A stretch of DNA of 64,000 nucleotides. It comes from Octopus sinensis (Eukaryota). The stretch spans positions 21,018,001-21,082,000 of the forward strand of contig NC_042999.1 in assembly GCF_006345805.1 (NCBI RefSeq), given 5' to 3'. This document shows positions 1 through 11,448 of the stretch, piece after piece. Each line of letters starts with the position of its first letter. Positions within the stretch are counted from its first letter, which is position 1. The position numbers were made by a program, and so were the translations under genes. The notes below the pieces were generated by a model. It was given only the letters and a program-made list of their open reading frames with translations, made no database searches and was not told the origin of the DNA.

Positions 1-700
1 TCATTTCGAACTAATAAATATTTATCGTTTAATTCCTATAAGCAGTACATTTTCCGCATTTGCGATACAGTAGCTTTCACGCCGCCGTAACGTCGCTAGT
101 ATTTAAATTATTTGCAGCATAATGTTCCGTTAAAACGGATAACTCGATTCTAGGTCATGCTCTGATTTGAGATGAAAACTGGATAAATAATTATATCTTC
201 AATTAGAAGAAAATTTTACCCATACTGTCTCATAGGATTCTATCATGAAGCACTTTCGAAAGTGGCAGTATAATTAATATGCACATGTACATATACATAT
301 ATTTGTGTGTGTAAACGCTCATATATACATACGTATATACATATATGAAAATATTTGTAATGTTTATTATATATATAATGTGCAGCTGTCTGTATGTGTG
401 TGTATATATTTCTTTTCTTTGTTTTATGCTTTTCAGCCCAAAGCCTGTGACCATGTTGTGGCATAGTCAAATCCATACATATATGGATAATATCATAAAC
501 TTTAAGTTTCGAAAATGTGAAGTTATTCATTTTATAAACGTTGAATCTAGAAGCAAATACGGCTATTACTAATAGCGTGTAAATATTATGTTGTTTATGA
601 CTATATGTACTCCGAGGTTCACCGATCCTAAAGAGAGTTTGATATATATATATATATATATATATATAATCAAAGTAAGCAACAAGAATATCTTCGGTAA

Positions 701-744
701 TTTGGTACGATCGTTTCACGCTACATAGCAATCATCAGCCATTC
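701..744 (-). ncRNA. Minimal type I hammerhead ribozyme motif (Penelope-type), core intact
   Basis: Minus strand reads gaaugg-CUGAUGA-u-ugcu-augu-agcg-u-GAAA-CGAUCG-UA-ccaaa. It has a palindromic stem III, a GUA triplet and a short stem I (UGG:CCA). Confidence 0.65.
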
Positions 745-990
745 ATAGAGGTTTTTCATCAATACATATACTTCAATAGCCATATGTATGCGTCCTTACT
801 ATGTAAGGGGATGTCCTTTCGCGAAAACTCTATATTTACCTTTTCCATCCTTGTTGAGAAGTTAAGTACCAGAAAGCATATATTATGTATGGAATTATAA
901 GTTCAGCAAAATTTAGATTCAAATGAATATGGTACTTAAGGACGCATACATATGGCTATTGAAGTATATGTATTGATGGAAAACCTCTAT

Positions 991-1035
991 GAATGACTGA
1001 TCATTGCTATGTAGCATGAAACGATCGTACCAAAT
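991..1035 (+). ncRNA. Mutated copy of the same hammerhead motif
   Basis: gaatga-CTGATCA-t-tgctatgtagca-t-GAAA-CGATCG-TA-ccaaa; core G8 is changed to C. Confidence 0.55.
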
Positions 1036-1225
1036 TACCGAAGATATTCTTGTTGCTTACTTTGATTATAATCACCCCGGGGATTTATATGGATAACACT
1101 GTACAAAATCCTGGTGCATCTGACTTAAGTAACATATTCATTTGAATCTAAATTTTGCTGAAATTATGATTCCATACATTGTGTATGTTTTCTGGGACTT
1201 CTCAACTAGGATGGATTTAAAAAAT

Positions 1226-1832
1226 CAGATTTTTAAAAATATTTTTTGTAACTAAACACGTTCAAACTTCGGACACTGGTAGAATGTGTCATATAAAATA
1301 TCTTTTCCTCTTAGCATTTTTGAGAAAAAACTTTTATTTACGAAGTTATTTCACGTCAAAATTCTCGTATTTCGGTAACTTCAACCAATCAATGACGTGT
1401 ATTCAGCTGAATAAAATTACTGCTGTTGTTTGATAACAAGAACTACCGATGGTGTATATTTCGTTTGAGACTGATATTTATGACAACCCTAATCTTAAAA
1501 CCTCGACCCTAAACCCCTAACTCTAAAACCTTAACCCTAACCTTAAAAGCAGTACAGACGCACGAACGATGTCATAAATATCAGTGACAAACGAAGTATA
1601 CACCGCCGATAGTTGTTGCTGACAAACAACGGCAGTAATTTTATTCAGCTGAATACACGTCATTCATTGGTTGAAACTACCGAAATACGAGAACGTTAAC
1701 GTGATATAACTTCGTAAATATAAGTTTTTCTCAAAAATGCTAAGAGTAAAAGATATTTTATATGACACATTCTATCAGTGTCCGAAGTATGAAAGTGTTT
1801 AGTTACAAAAAAAAAATATTTTTTTAAATCTG
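1226..1832. mobile_element. Palindromic MITE-like element with about 260-bp inverted arms and a telomere-like core
   Basis: 1226-1485 pairs with 1571-1832. The spacer holds degenerate CCCTAA repeats (about 1486-1546). Confidence 0.75.
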
Positions 1833-2249
1833 TAGGTCAAAAGGTAAAGACCCATAATAATAATCGACCAACCTAATGGACATTATGTGTTCTGAAATGA
1901 TGTAAAGCAAATTTGACGTCAGTAAAATTACAACTCAAGGCGCGGAAATCCGAACGAAGTATTGTAACTAATGTTCTAACGACCCTTCCAAATGCTAGCG
2001 TATCTTAATTATATTACTGGTACAATCATGATATGTGTAGCATAAAACATTGCTGTCTAGACCAAGATGTTGATTCAAGAGATACACGAACTGAAGTCTT
2101 TCCAGCAAGGATCATCAAGTGCATATTTTCATTCGATAGGTTTCATTCTTTTCGTAAACACAGCTCTGCTTGAGAACTGAATGATCTCTTTTTTTTATGG
2201 ATTCATGATGCATTTTCTCGGCATTTGTTTTATTGTAATTTTAATATTA

Positions 2250-3205
2250 TATTATTATTATTATTATTATTATTATCGTCATTATTATCATCATCATCGT
2301 CGTCTTTGTGATCATCCTCATCGCTACCATCATCATCGCCATTATTATAGTTGTCGTTCATGCCGTTACTGCCACTTCTACTACGAGTTGTAGTTTTTTT
2401 TGTTTATATTTTGTTCATATTTTGTTTGTTTGGGATTCTTCTGATGTGGAATTCATTATGATTGAGTGATTCAGCGTTGAATATAGTCTTAAATATTTTC
2501 TATTTTTAAATGTCTATTTTCTGTGTTTTTGCAAGGGAACGGAAGAGTAAAAAAAAACAATTATTATCATTATTATTATTATCATCATCATTATTATTAT
2601 TATCATCATTATTATTATTATTATTATCATCATTATTATTATTATATTATTATCATCATTATTATTATCATCATTATTATTATCATCATCATTATTATTA
2701 TTATTATTATCGTCATTATTATCATCATCATTATTATTATCATCATCATCGTCGTCTTTGTGATCATCCTCATCGCTACCATCATCATCGCCATTATTAT
2801 AGTTGTCGTTCATGCCGTTACTGCCACTTCTACTACGAGTTGTAGTTTTTTTTGTTTATATTTTGTTCATATTTTGTTTGTTTGGGATTCTTCTGATGTG
2901 GAATTCATTATGATTGAGTGATTCAGCGTTGAATATAGTCTTAAATATTTTCTATTTTTAAATGTCTATTTTCTGTGTTTTTGCAAGGGAACGGAAGAGT
3001 AAAAAAAAACAATTATTATCATTATTATTATTATCATCATCATTATTATTATTATCATCATTATTATTATTATTATTATCATCATTATTATTATTATTAT
3101 TATCATCATTATTATTATCATCATCATTATTATTATCATCATCATTATTATTATTATTATTATCATCATAATTATTATTATTATTATTATCATTATTATT
3201 ATTAT
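2250..3205. repeat. Tandem duplication of a unique segment between (TAT/CAT)n tracts
   Basis: 2277-2560 is repeated at 2711-3012 with a 452-bp period in the unique part. The layout is microsatellite-unit-microsatellite-unit-microsatellite. Confidence 0.9.
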
Positions 3206-3684
3206 ATTTCTTGATGTCAATAGAAAAGTGTAAAATAAAATAGCCCAGGGAAAATATTAAAAAAGTATAAGAACAAAGCATCGCAGAAAATGGCTTTTGA
3301 GAGGCAACGTCCGGAACACACATGCGCTAATTAATTAGAAATGAATATCTGCAAAGTTGCAAGGGGAATACACGTGGAGGAATACCAAACAAGCTTGCGC
3401 TTTGAATGCTATTTTTTGTTCCTACTTGAGAGAACAAAGGGATATATCTCTGCTCGTCTTTGATATCAATGATGATGATGATGAGTAGGGGAAGGAAGAA
3501 TGGAGAGGAAATGGAGGTGAAGGTTTTATGCTTCTTGGATAATACGATATTCGGTTTTAGAATGGAAACATGCATACTACGAGTTGCATGTAAAAATATA
3601 TATCTATGCACATATGTGCGTTAATAAGGGCGGAGATAGAGTACAATTGCTAGCATGCCCAAATAAAAGCCTAACAGTATTTCT

Positions 3685-4282
3685 TATTTCTTGCCTACAA
3701 GGGGTTTAACATAGAGGGGACAAACAAGGGCAGGCAAAGGGATTAAGTCGATAATATCGACCCCAGTGCGTAACTGGTACTTAATTTATCGACCACGAAA
3801 GGATGAAAGGCAATGTCAGACTCGGCGGAATTTGAACTCAGAACGTAAAGATAGACGAAATACCTACTTCTCTACTACCCACAAGGGGCTAAACATAGAG
3901 GGGACGAACAAGGGCAGGCAAAGGGATTAAGTCGATTACATCGACCCCAGTGCGTAAATGGTATTTGATTTATCGACCCCGAAACGATGAAAGGCAAAGT
4001 CGACTTCGGCGGAATTTGAACTCAGAACGTAGCGTCAGACGAAATACCTATTTCTTTACTACCCACAAGGGGCTAAACACAGAGGGGACAAACAAGGACT
4101 GACAAACGGATTGAGTCGATTATATCGACTCCAGTCCGTAACTGGTACTTATTTAATCGAACCCGAAAGGATGACAGGCAATGTCGACCTCGGCGCCATT
4201 TGAACTCAGAACGTAACGGCAGACGAAATACGGCTACGCATTTCGCCCTGCGTACTAACGTTTCTTCCATCTCGCTGCCTGT
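3685..4282 (-). mobile_element. SINE-A tandem trimer
   Basis: Three head-to-tail copies with a tRNA-like B box (gagttcaaat). They are flanked by one 14-bp TSD, ctaacagtatttct, at 3671-3684 and 4283-4296. Confidence 0.85.
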
Positions 4283-5877
4283 CTAACAGTATTTCTGTCA
4301 GCTTTACCGAGTTCTCATTCCTTTGCAATCGACTTTGCCTTTCATCTTTTCGCAGTCGATAAAATAATTACCTGTTGACGACTGGGGCTCAATATATAAT
4401 CGACTAAGTCCACACCCAAATATTCAGGCTCTTTGCATATAGCAGAAAGTACGAAAAATTATTATGCACCCATACACATGAGTGTAAGTATAGGCTCACA
4501 AACGTAATTAGGTTTATCATGAAAATGCATATGAAACCTTACGTATTTGAACATCTTCGTGTTTCCATATACCAATGCAAAACGTGATACATATACACTT
4601 CGTTCGACAGTTCTGATAACACATGTAACTGAAGCAGTAGCAATGATGTTATTTCATTTGGGATTAACACAGTAGTAAATTAGTATTTCTCACAAAGCGA
4701 TACTTCACTCCTTAATGTGTTTGTCCTTGAGTTAATCTCTAACAATACTTGACAGTTACTTATTTTAACTGTGACAGAAGATTAACTCTAAACTTAAATG
4801 CAGAATGTTTTAGAATTGAGAATGCAAAGCATGTTTTTCACTATCCACTTAGCAGCATATTCTAAATAAATGTATTTAGAAGACTCCAACAGTTTCTGAA
4901 CTCTTTGGACAGTTTCTTTAACCTATTAAATGTAAGAGTTTTCCAGCTCCTCTCTAAGCTGTTTGTGTTTTTTATTTAATATAAGGAATGAGTGAGTGAA
5001 CTGCCGTGAGATAACGTTCAAAGAAATTGCGAAATTGTTGCACTTTGTTATGCTTCAATGCTGATAGTTCATGCAATAATTGTATTTTATTTTGTGGTGA
5101 CTACTTAGGACTGTTAAACCTAAAACTTATCAGAGGAAAAGCGTTGCGATCTGAATTCTCCTCCCACAGGTGTTAAATTTGCCTTTTATTTTTCCAGCAT
5201 CGACAAATTAGTAAGAGTGTCCTCCACTGAGGTCAAGTTCACCGCAATTACAAACTTCTCACATTTGTACCATAAATATGAACGCCATTAGTTATGCTAA
5301 ATGTTAAAATATTTCTTTTAGCAATCGTCTGTTTTTATTTCATGGCGCCTGTGTGAAATGCGCACTTAGGAATTTAAAACCTAGTTGTATGTTGGAAAGA
5401 TGATGCATAGTACAAATCTGATTCATAACCATTTCGAATTTTGTTTTTTTCTTTGAATCTTTCTAAAATAATTTTGCTTAAAATTTAAAATCTTGAATTA
5501 TTCTTCCATTAGCTAAGAAACACTATCGGAAATCTTAAGCTTTACAACTTTAGCATCACTTTAGCATGGGATGTAGGAATGTTATATTGACAGGCTTTAT
5601 GTTCTGAATTCGAAATAAATATTACTATTTTTGAAGTATAAGGTCCCAAAAAAGCTGTAGGTGATATAAATTTTAGCATCATTCAGATTTACAGACAGAG
5701 AAATATCAAAGTACTCATAACTTAGTGCCACATACAGACCCTTTCACACACGCGTATGTAAGTACAGATCATGGGGATTAAAGCCCTCGACAAATATAGA
5801 GATATAGACATACATACGTACATATATACATACGTACATACATACATACATGTATAAATACATATACACACATATAT

Positions 5878-8045
5878 ATTCGAAGCGACAAGTCGCTTAT
5901 TTGGCGTGCAAGACTGTTTACAGAAAGTACGATGAATACCATCTCTAACTGTGGAGCCACAACTACCAGCATTGTTAAATAACTGGTTAATATTCAGGTG
6001 AATTAAATGAGGGAGCGTTTTATTCACGATCGTAGTGATTTTCGACTGAAACTTGAATATCTGATACAGAAAGTTACTACAAACAACATGGCAGGACACA
6101 ACATCAAGAACAACACAATCGAGGAACACGAGGAAAACAATAAATCAACAAGTAAACAAATTCTTTCTAGCTGTACTTATAGAAGAAACGGTAACTACAA
6201 AACTAATTTTTCTTGGAGTTATGACTTGAATAATGATCTATTTAACTACTACGAAAAAGCGAAAGAAAATCTGCTGTTGGTTATATGAATCGATTGAAAT
6301 CATATTGGGACGATCACCATCCAGAATTAAACCATTTCACAGCGAAGCAACCACGCCAACACGTAACATTTGTAGAACATAGAAAGAAAATTAGTAACTG
6401 TAAACTTATTAAAAAATCGAACATCAACCTTCTTCCCGACTCTATAAACAAAAATGTGAATGATAAAAGACCACCATAGCTAGTGACATTCCAACAGATT
6501 CCATAGTGGTTGCCAGCAAAACCACATTACTGGCTCAAGTAACTGACCGCTGTCCCCCTACTATGACTATGGTAAATAGCAAGCACAACTGCAACGATTA
6601 TTGTTGTAGTAATAGTGATTGTTAGGGTTATAGGCCGGTGAAACGTGCCCTTAGTGAAATTTTCCGAAAAAAAAAAAACTTTGGCTTTGAATGTCACATC
6701 ATATCTCTTCAGAAACATCTTTTAACCACCAAGAGTCGAAGTACATCCCTTGACCAAGTTTGCATATATGAAACTGTTAACATCATAAGACTTGGAAAAC
6801 AGCACTTTGAGCAACACACTTTGTCTGATAACCTAGAATACATGCTTAAAGTAGCCGCACAACTCTACTGCAACATATCATCAGATGAAAGGGGAGCCTA
6901 TGTAAGCAGAAGACTATGCATGGATATGTTAGATAGAAAGCTCCATGATGATAGGAACATCGATCATCAAAGCAGTTTATCATGGACAAATAGCCGGATT
7001 ATTACCTCCCACTTTGAAGAGAATACATTTGCAATTCAGGAACAGGAAATATCAACTAATTACCTGATGCGCAAAAGGCATAGTGATGCAGGAAAAGCCG
7101 TAAAATGTGACAATCGATGAAGAGTTTATGGAGTTCACACTGAAGATATCACTCTCATCATAAGTAGTTGTCCGAAAATGTCATCATTGTATGATCTACC
7201 GATAAGACATGACGTAGCTAGGACACTCTCTAATGAAATCCGTTGGAAGGAAATTCCCGAGCACAAAGAAATAAAAACCCACAATATGGTAGAAGCCGCA
7301 GGCACTCATAATGGAAAAGAATACTGGTGGAATGTACCACTGAAGCCCTCAATATAATGTAAGCACAACAGACCTGATATAATGATTTGGGATAGAGAAG
7401 AGAAAATGTGTGCAGTTGTGGAAATTAGCTGCCCAGCGGCTGTTGACATAAAGCTGAAGATCAATGAAAAAGAAAATACCTATGCTGAACTATCGAGAAA
7501 TTTGCAGTAATTCTATCCAGATTATAAGTTCAGGTTTATACCTGTAGTCATTTCGGCTCTGGGATATGTAACACACTGCCTAAATACCAATCTTGAGACA
7601 TCAGGTTTCTGAAACCCAGAAAGGAAAAAGCTAATTCGAAGGCTACAGATCCGATCCATCACTAGAAATGTAAAAATCTGTAAAACGTTCCAGAAGTTTA
7701 ACATTTAAATATATATGAGCATGTCTAGATACGTAATAATATGCATGAGAATACATACATAAAATGTACAAATCTGCACGTAGGTACATACGTTCATACA
7801 TACATACAAAATACTCCGTTGTTGATATTGAAATTCCAATGAAGGAACCTTGTATTTAGGTTAGAAACTGGTCCTTTCTCTATTGGCAAGAAAGCTTGAA
7901 ATAAACTGGATAATGACATATATATGTACATACATACAAACTAAAATACCTTGTTGATGTTGAAATTCCAAATGAACGAACCTTGATCTAGGTTAGAAAC
8001 AGGCAAAAAATCTTGAAATAAAACTGAACGATGGCATACATACTT
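5878..8045 (+). mobile_element. Internally deleted, decayed R4/Dong-clade non-LTR retrotransposon
   Basis: N-terminal motif 'SWSYDLNNDLFNYYEKAKE...MNRLKSYWDDHHPE' at 6007-6480. C-terminal restriction-like endonuclease 'KHNRPDIMIWDREEKMCAVVEISCP...IPVVISALG...TFQKFNI*' ends at 7708. No RT motifs seen; there are stops and frameshifts. Flanked by (CATA)n-like tracts. Confidence 0.75.
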
Positions 8046-8531
8046 GTGTGCGTGGGTGTTTTGTGTGTGTATATATGTGTGCGTGAAATGCATTATAAAT
8101 TATTTTGTAATATATTAAATTATATTTCTTAGCAGTATATCGAATTATTTCACCCTTCCGTTAGCATAAGTAATATTAAAATCAGAGCATCGCGTATTAA
8201 TAGAACATATAAATAGAACATACGCTTTCATTTTTATCGAAAACATGTTTGTGAATGTTAATATTCTAAAATACTTGTAGCCATTCTCACTTCGCTTTTC
8301 AAACTGATGTTTTATTTGTGTAACAACCAATCTGATTAATTTATTGAGAAATAATAATAAAAAGAATACATCATTATTTCAGAATATATATTACACAGTT
8401 AACGCATTTATGCATTTATACTTTAAAAACACATGTTGCATTGATAGGAAATTCGTGAGTCACGTTGATATTTACAGCAATGTTTTTCCAAATCTGAAGG
8501 CATTGTAGAACGTCTTATAACGTACATATTG

Positions 8532-8924
8532 TGGATTGGATTGGAAGCACTCCGTCGGTTACGACGACGAGGGTTCCGGTTGATCCGATCAACGGAACAG
8601 CCTGCTCATGAAATTAACGTGTAAGTGGCTGAGCACTCCACAGACACGTGCACACTTAACGTAGTTCTCGGGGATATTCAGCATGACGCAGAGAGTGACA
8701 AGGCCGGCCCTTTGAAATACAAGTACAACAGAAACAGGAAGTAAGAGTGAGAGAAAGTTGTGGTGAAAGAGTACAGCAGGGATCACCACCATCCCTGCCG
8801 GAGCCTCGTGGAGCTTTAGGTATTTTCGCTCAATAAACACTCATAACGCCCGGTGTGGGAATCGAAACCGCGATCCTACGACCGCGAGTCCGCTGCCCTA
8901 ATCACTGGGCCATTGCGCCTCCAC
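8532..8924 (-). mobile_element. SINE-C, full length
   Basis: tRNA-like head ggaggcgcaatggcccagtgattagggcagcggac and a short (tccaa)n tail. 13-bp TSD aacgtacatattg at 8519-8531 and 8925-8937. Confidence 0.85.
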
Positions 8925-9218
8925 AACGTACATATTGCAGTGTTTGTTTGAATGGCGTGACAGATTTGGTAATCATATTGACAATGTTGCATAGCTCACG
9001 AATTTTAAAACCGTGCATGCTGATGTCAGTACTGACATAGATTTTCGTTTTCCTTCCTGCTTGTGTCTGTGAATTCCGGCGAAACTAGTCTTCACCGTGG
9101 GTAGCTTTTACGATTATATACAACCTTGAGTGCGTTTTAACTTATTTAAACGTGTAGAAATATTAACATTTCTAAGTCTCTCTAAAGGAGACTACGACAG
9201 CAGTACTGGATATTAATA

Positions 9219-9593
9219 GTTATCGCGAAGCTAATAGGGCAGTCCAGAAATATAGAACGAATGCTGCCGTTGATTAGCTCCAAGAGGCCATTACTTCTAG
9301 CTATGTGACACACGAATCTGTGTCCATTATAACCTTCGAACAGGGGAGGTCAGCCGCTTCCATTTATTGGTCAGGCATTTGCAGACTGCTGGGTTCGGCT
9401 GCTCCGCATTGATAAGGGGAAAATACCCTGAAACTAGTCTGCAGATGGAAGCGGCTGAACTCCCCTGTTCGAAGGTTATAATGGACACAGATTCGTGTGT
9501 CACATAGCTAGCTAGAGGCGATGGCCTATTGGAGCTAATCAACGGCAGCATTCGTCCTATATTTCTGGACTACCATATTAGCTTGGCGATAAC
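9219..9593. mobile_element. 375-bp palindrome, probably an inverted Penelope-like terminal repeat
   Basis: 9219-9363 pairs with 9445-9593, and 9381-9387 pairs with 9436-9442. A hammerhead motif lies in the loop. Confidence 0.7.
9403..9445 (+). ncRNA. Degenerate minimal hammerhead motif
   Basis: tccgca-TTGATAA-gggg-aaaata-ccct-GAAA-CTAG-TC-tgcaga. Two core substitutions versus CUGAUGA; stems I and II pair. Confidence 0.6.
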
Positions 9594-9670
9594 AATATTT
9601 AAATTTGTTTTTTCATATACATTCATGAACAACAGTCTACTTCAGATATATGTGTGTGTGTGTGTGTGTA

Positions 9671-10469
9671 CAAGCATACCTCACCTTACGTCGTTAATTA
9701 CTTCCGGGAGACACGACTTAAGTCGAAATACGACTTAAGTTGAATTAACTTGTCTCTAGATTAAGCTAGGCCGAATTTACGTGTCTCTTCATCCCTGGGG
9801 CTTCAGATTTGATATGTACTAAAATATTGTCCTTATGTACAATTGTCGATACAGTTGTCTGTCTCGTCCTAAAAGAATGTGCAATTACTACGACTTTTTC
9901 ACCTTTTTCATGGCATTTTACCATGGCCAGTTTATCTTTCAGTGTTACAGCATGAAGCTTAGCACATTCACTATGAATTTTCTTAGGAGACATGGGGGCA
10001 AAAAATAAATTCACAAATAAATGAGAATGAGAAAGTAGCCGATAAACAGAGGTTAACAAATCTGGATTCAAAACAATCACGGGAATCACGAATGACAACG
10101 ACGCCTAATGGTAGATATTGGAACTACAGTGCAACATTAGCTCCGAAAGACCGATAGATAAGACAACACATCTGATTTCATGATTTTGTTCATTAAGCTA
10201 CACTATTTTATGGTGTGTATCTTAACATTTACTCTACGTATTTTAATATGATTTTATATGGTTTTATTCGTATTTATTATACGGTAATATGATTTTATGT
10301 GCTTTTAACGGTTTTCTAGTGATTTTACGATTCCAATATGTGTGGCGGACAGACTAAACTCGAGTAAAATGACTTAACTTAATATATATTTTTCTATATA
10401 TTAATTTTGAAAACCAAGGTATAATCGAGAACGGTTTAAATCGAAACGACTTAAGCCGAAGTATATCTG
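9671..10469 (-). mobile_element. Tigger/pogo-like DNA transposon, internally deleted
   Basis: ORF 9766-10098 'VTLKDKLAMVKCHEKGEKVVVIAHSFRTRQTTVSTIVHKDNI' resembles the CENP-B-type HTH. Degenerate TIRs (caagcatacctcaccttacgtcg vs cagatatacttcggcttaagtcg) with TA on both flanks. Confidence 0.7.
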
Positions 10470-10490
10470 TATATATTATATATACAACAG

Positions 10491-10790
10491 TAAATCCCAG
10501 AAACAGCTGTAAAGACTTCCCCGAATACTTACTGTAAGGTTCGAGATGAAATTTCCGAATTTTACTAATTTTACTAATTTTACTAATTTTACTAATTTTA
10601 CTAACCTATCCAGGATGAACCACTACGAAGGACTACTCGGATCGTCTCAGGTGTATTTGGATCATCCTATCTCTGTCACAGATGAAAATCTGTGACATTA
10701 GTGGTAAAGATTTCAGGCTATGTTCTTTTCTATGAAGTATTGCTATAAACGCTTTCTTTCCTACTTTTCCAGTTTTTCTGCATAATATAT
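10491..10790 (+). mobile_element. Penelope-like terminal-repeat remnant
   Basis: Hammerhead 3' half GAAA-CAGCTG-TA at 10500-10511, followed by (tttactaat)x4 plus tttactaac at 10561-10605. Confidence 0.4.
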
Positions 10791-11118
10791 GTTTTCATAC
10801 TTGCTTCGGCATAAATACGTTATAAATGTTTTTATGGCATTTACAAACACCTGCCTATCTTTTATTACATTACTATATCTTATACCTTATAAAAATATTA
10901 TCTGTTGATCCATCACCTTCCAACATATAAGGATTGACTTTACACGCTCTCAAGACTAAGACACGCACAGAAAAAAAAAAACTTTCAGGACTTTCACTGA
11001 AGGCGCTTTCTCAACGTCTTACGAAGTGAGTCTAAAATCGGAAATATTAATACATGCTTGCGGAATGACATTTTTAATCACACATTCTTTTTTTTATTTT
11101 ACATAGTTTTATATTACA

Positions 11119-11448
11119 CTTTTACTTATTCTTTGTAAGCCTAGTACTTATTCTATCGGTCTTTCTTGCCGAGCCGCTAGGTTACGGGGACGTAAACACA
11201 ACAGCATCGGTTGTCAAGCGATGTTGGAGGACAAACAGAGACAAACAAACATATAGACACACATGTATATGCATAATACATGTATACGACCGGCTTATTT
11301 CAGTTTCCGTCTACCAAATCCACTCACAAGGCTTTGGTCGGCCAGAGGCTATACTAGAAGACACTTGCCGAAAGAGCCACACAGTGGGACTGAATCCGCA
11401 ACCATGTGGTTAGTAAGCAAGCTACTTACCACACATCCACTCCTGCGC
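11119..11448 (-). mobile_element. SINE-B
   Basis: Head gcgcaggagtgg..gtgtggtaagtagc on the minus strand, an internal CA/TA tract and a shortened 3' part. Confidence 0.8.

Larger units (their letters stand above)
665..1217. repeat. Interleaved inverted repeats, probably Penelope-like terminal repeat (pLTR) copies
   Basis: 665-798 is the reverse complement of 937-1070 (134 bp, few mismatches). About 845-940 is the reverse complement of 1124-1217. The first pair contains a hammerhead motif. Confidence 0.85.

Noticed and set aside
1486-1546. Telomeric repeat as a chromosome end or fusion site
   Set aside because: Short, degenerate and enclosed by the arms of a palindromic element.
2181-3323. 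Poly-Y/H, poly-I and poly-N/D ORFs
   Set aside because: Reading frames of (TAT/CAT)n microsatellite, with no complex sequence.
4729-4788. Hairpin as a pre-miRNA
   Set aside because: Two short stems separated by a large asymmetric bulge; not a continuous duplex of about 22 bp.
8860-8924. tRNA-like sequences at SINE heads (also 40153 and 54607)
   Set aside because: The A/B boxes continue into SINE bodies bounded by TSDs, and no complete cloverleaf was evident.
9070-9095. Further hammerhead-like fragments (also about 16825-16872 and 27290-27340)
   Set aside because: Only GAAA plus a palindrome or one stem remains and the core is absent, which is too weak to call.
10597-10650. TACTAAC plus CAG as a real splice acceptor
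   Set aside because: The branch point is only about 9 nt from the AG, there is no pyrimidine tract, and it lies in a repeat remnant.
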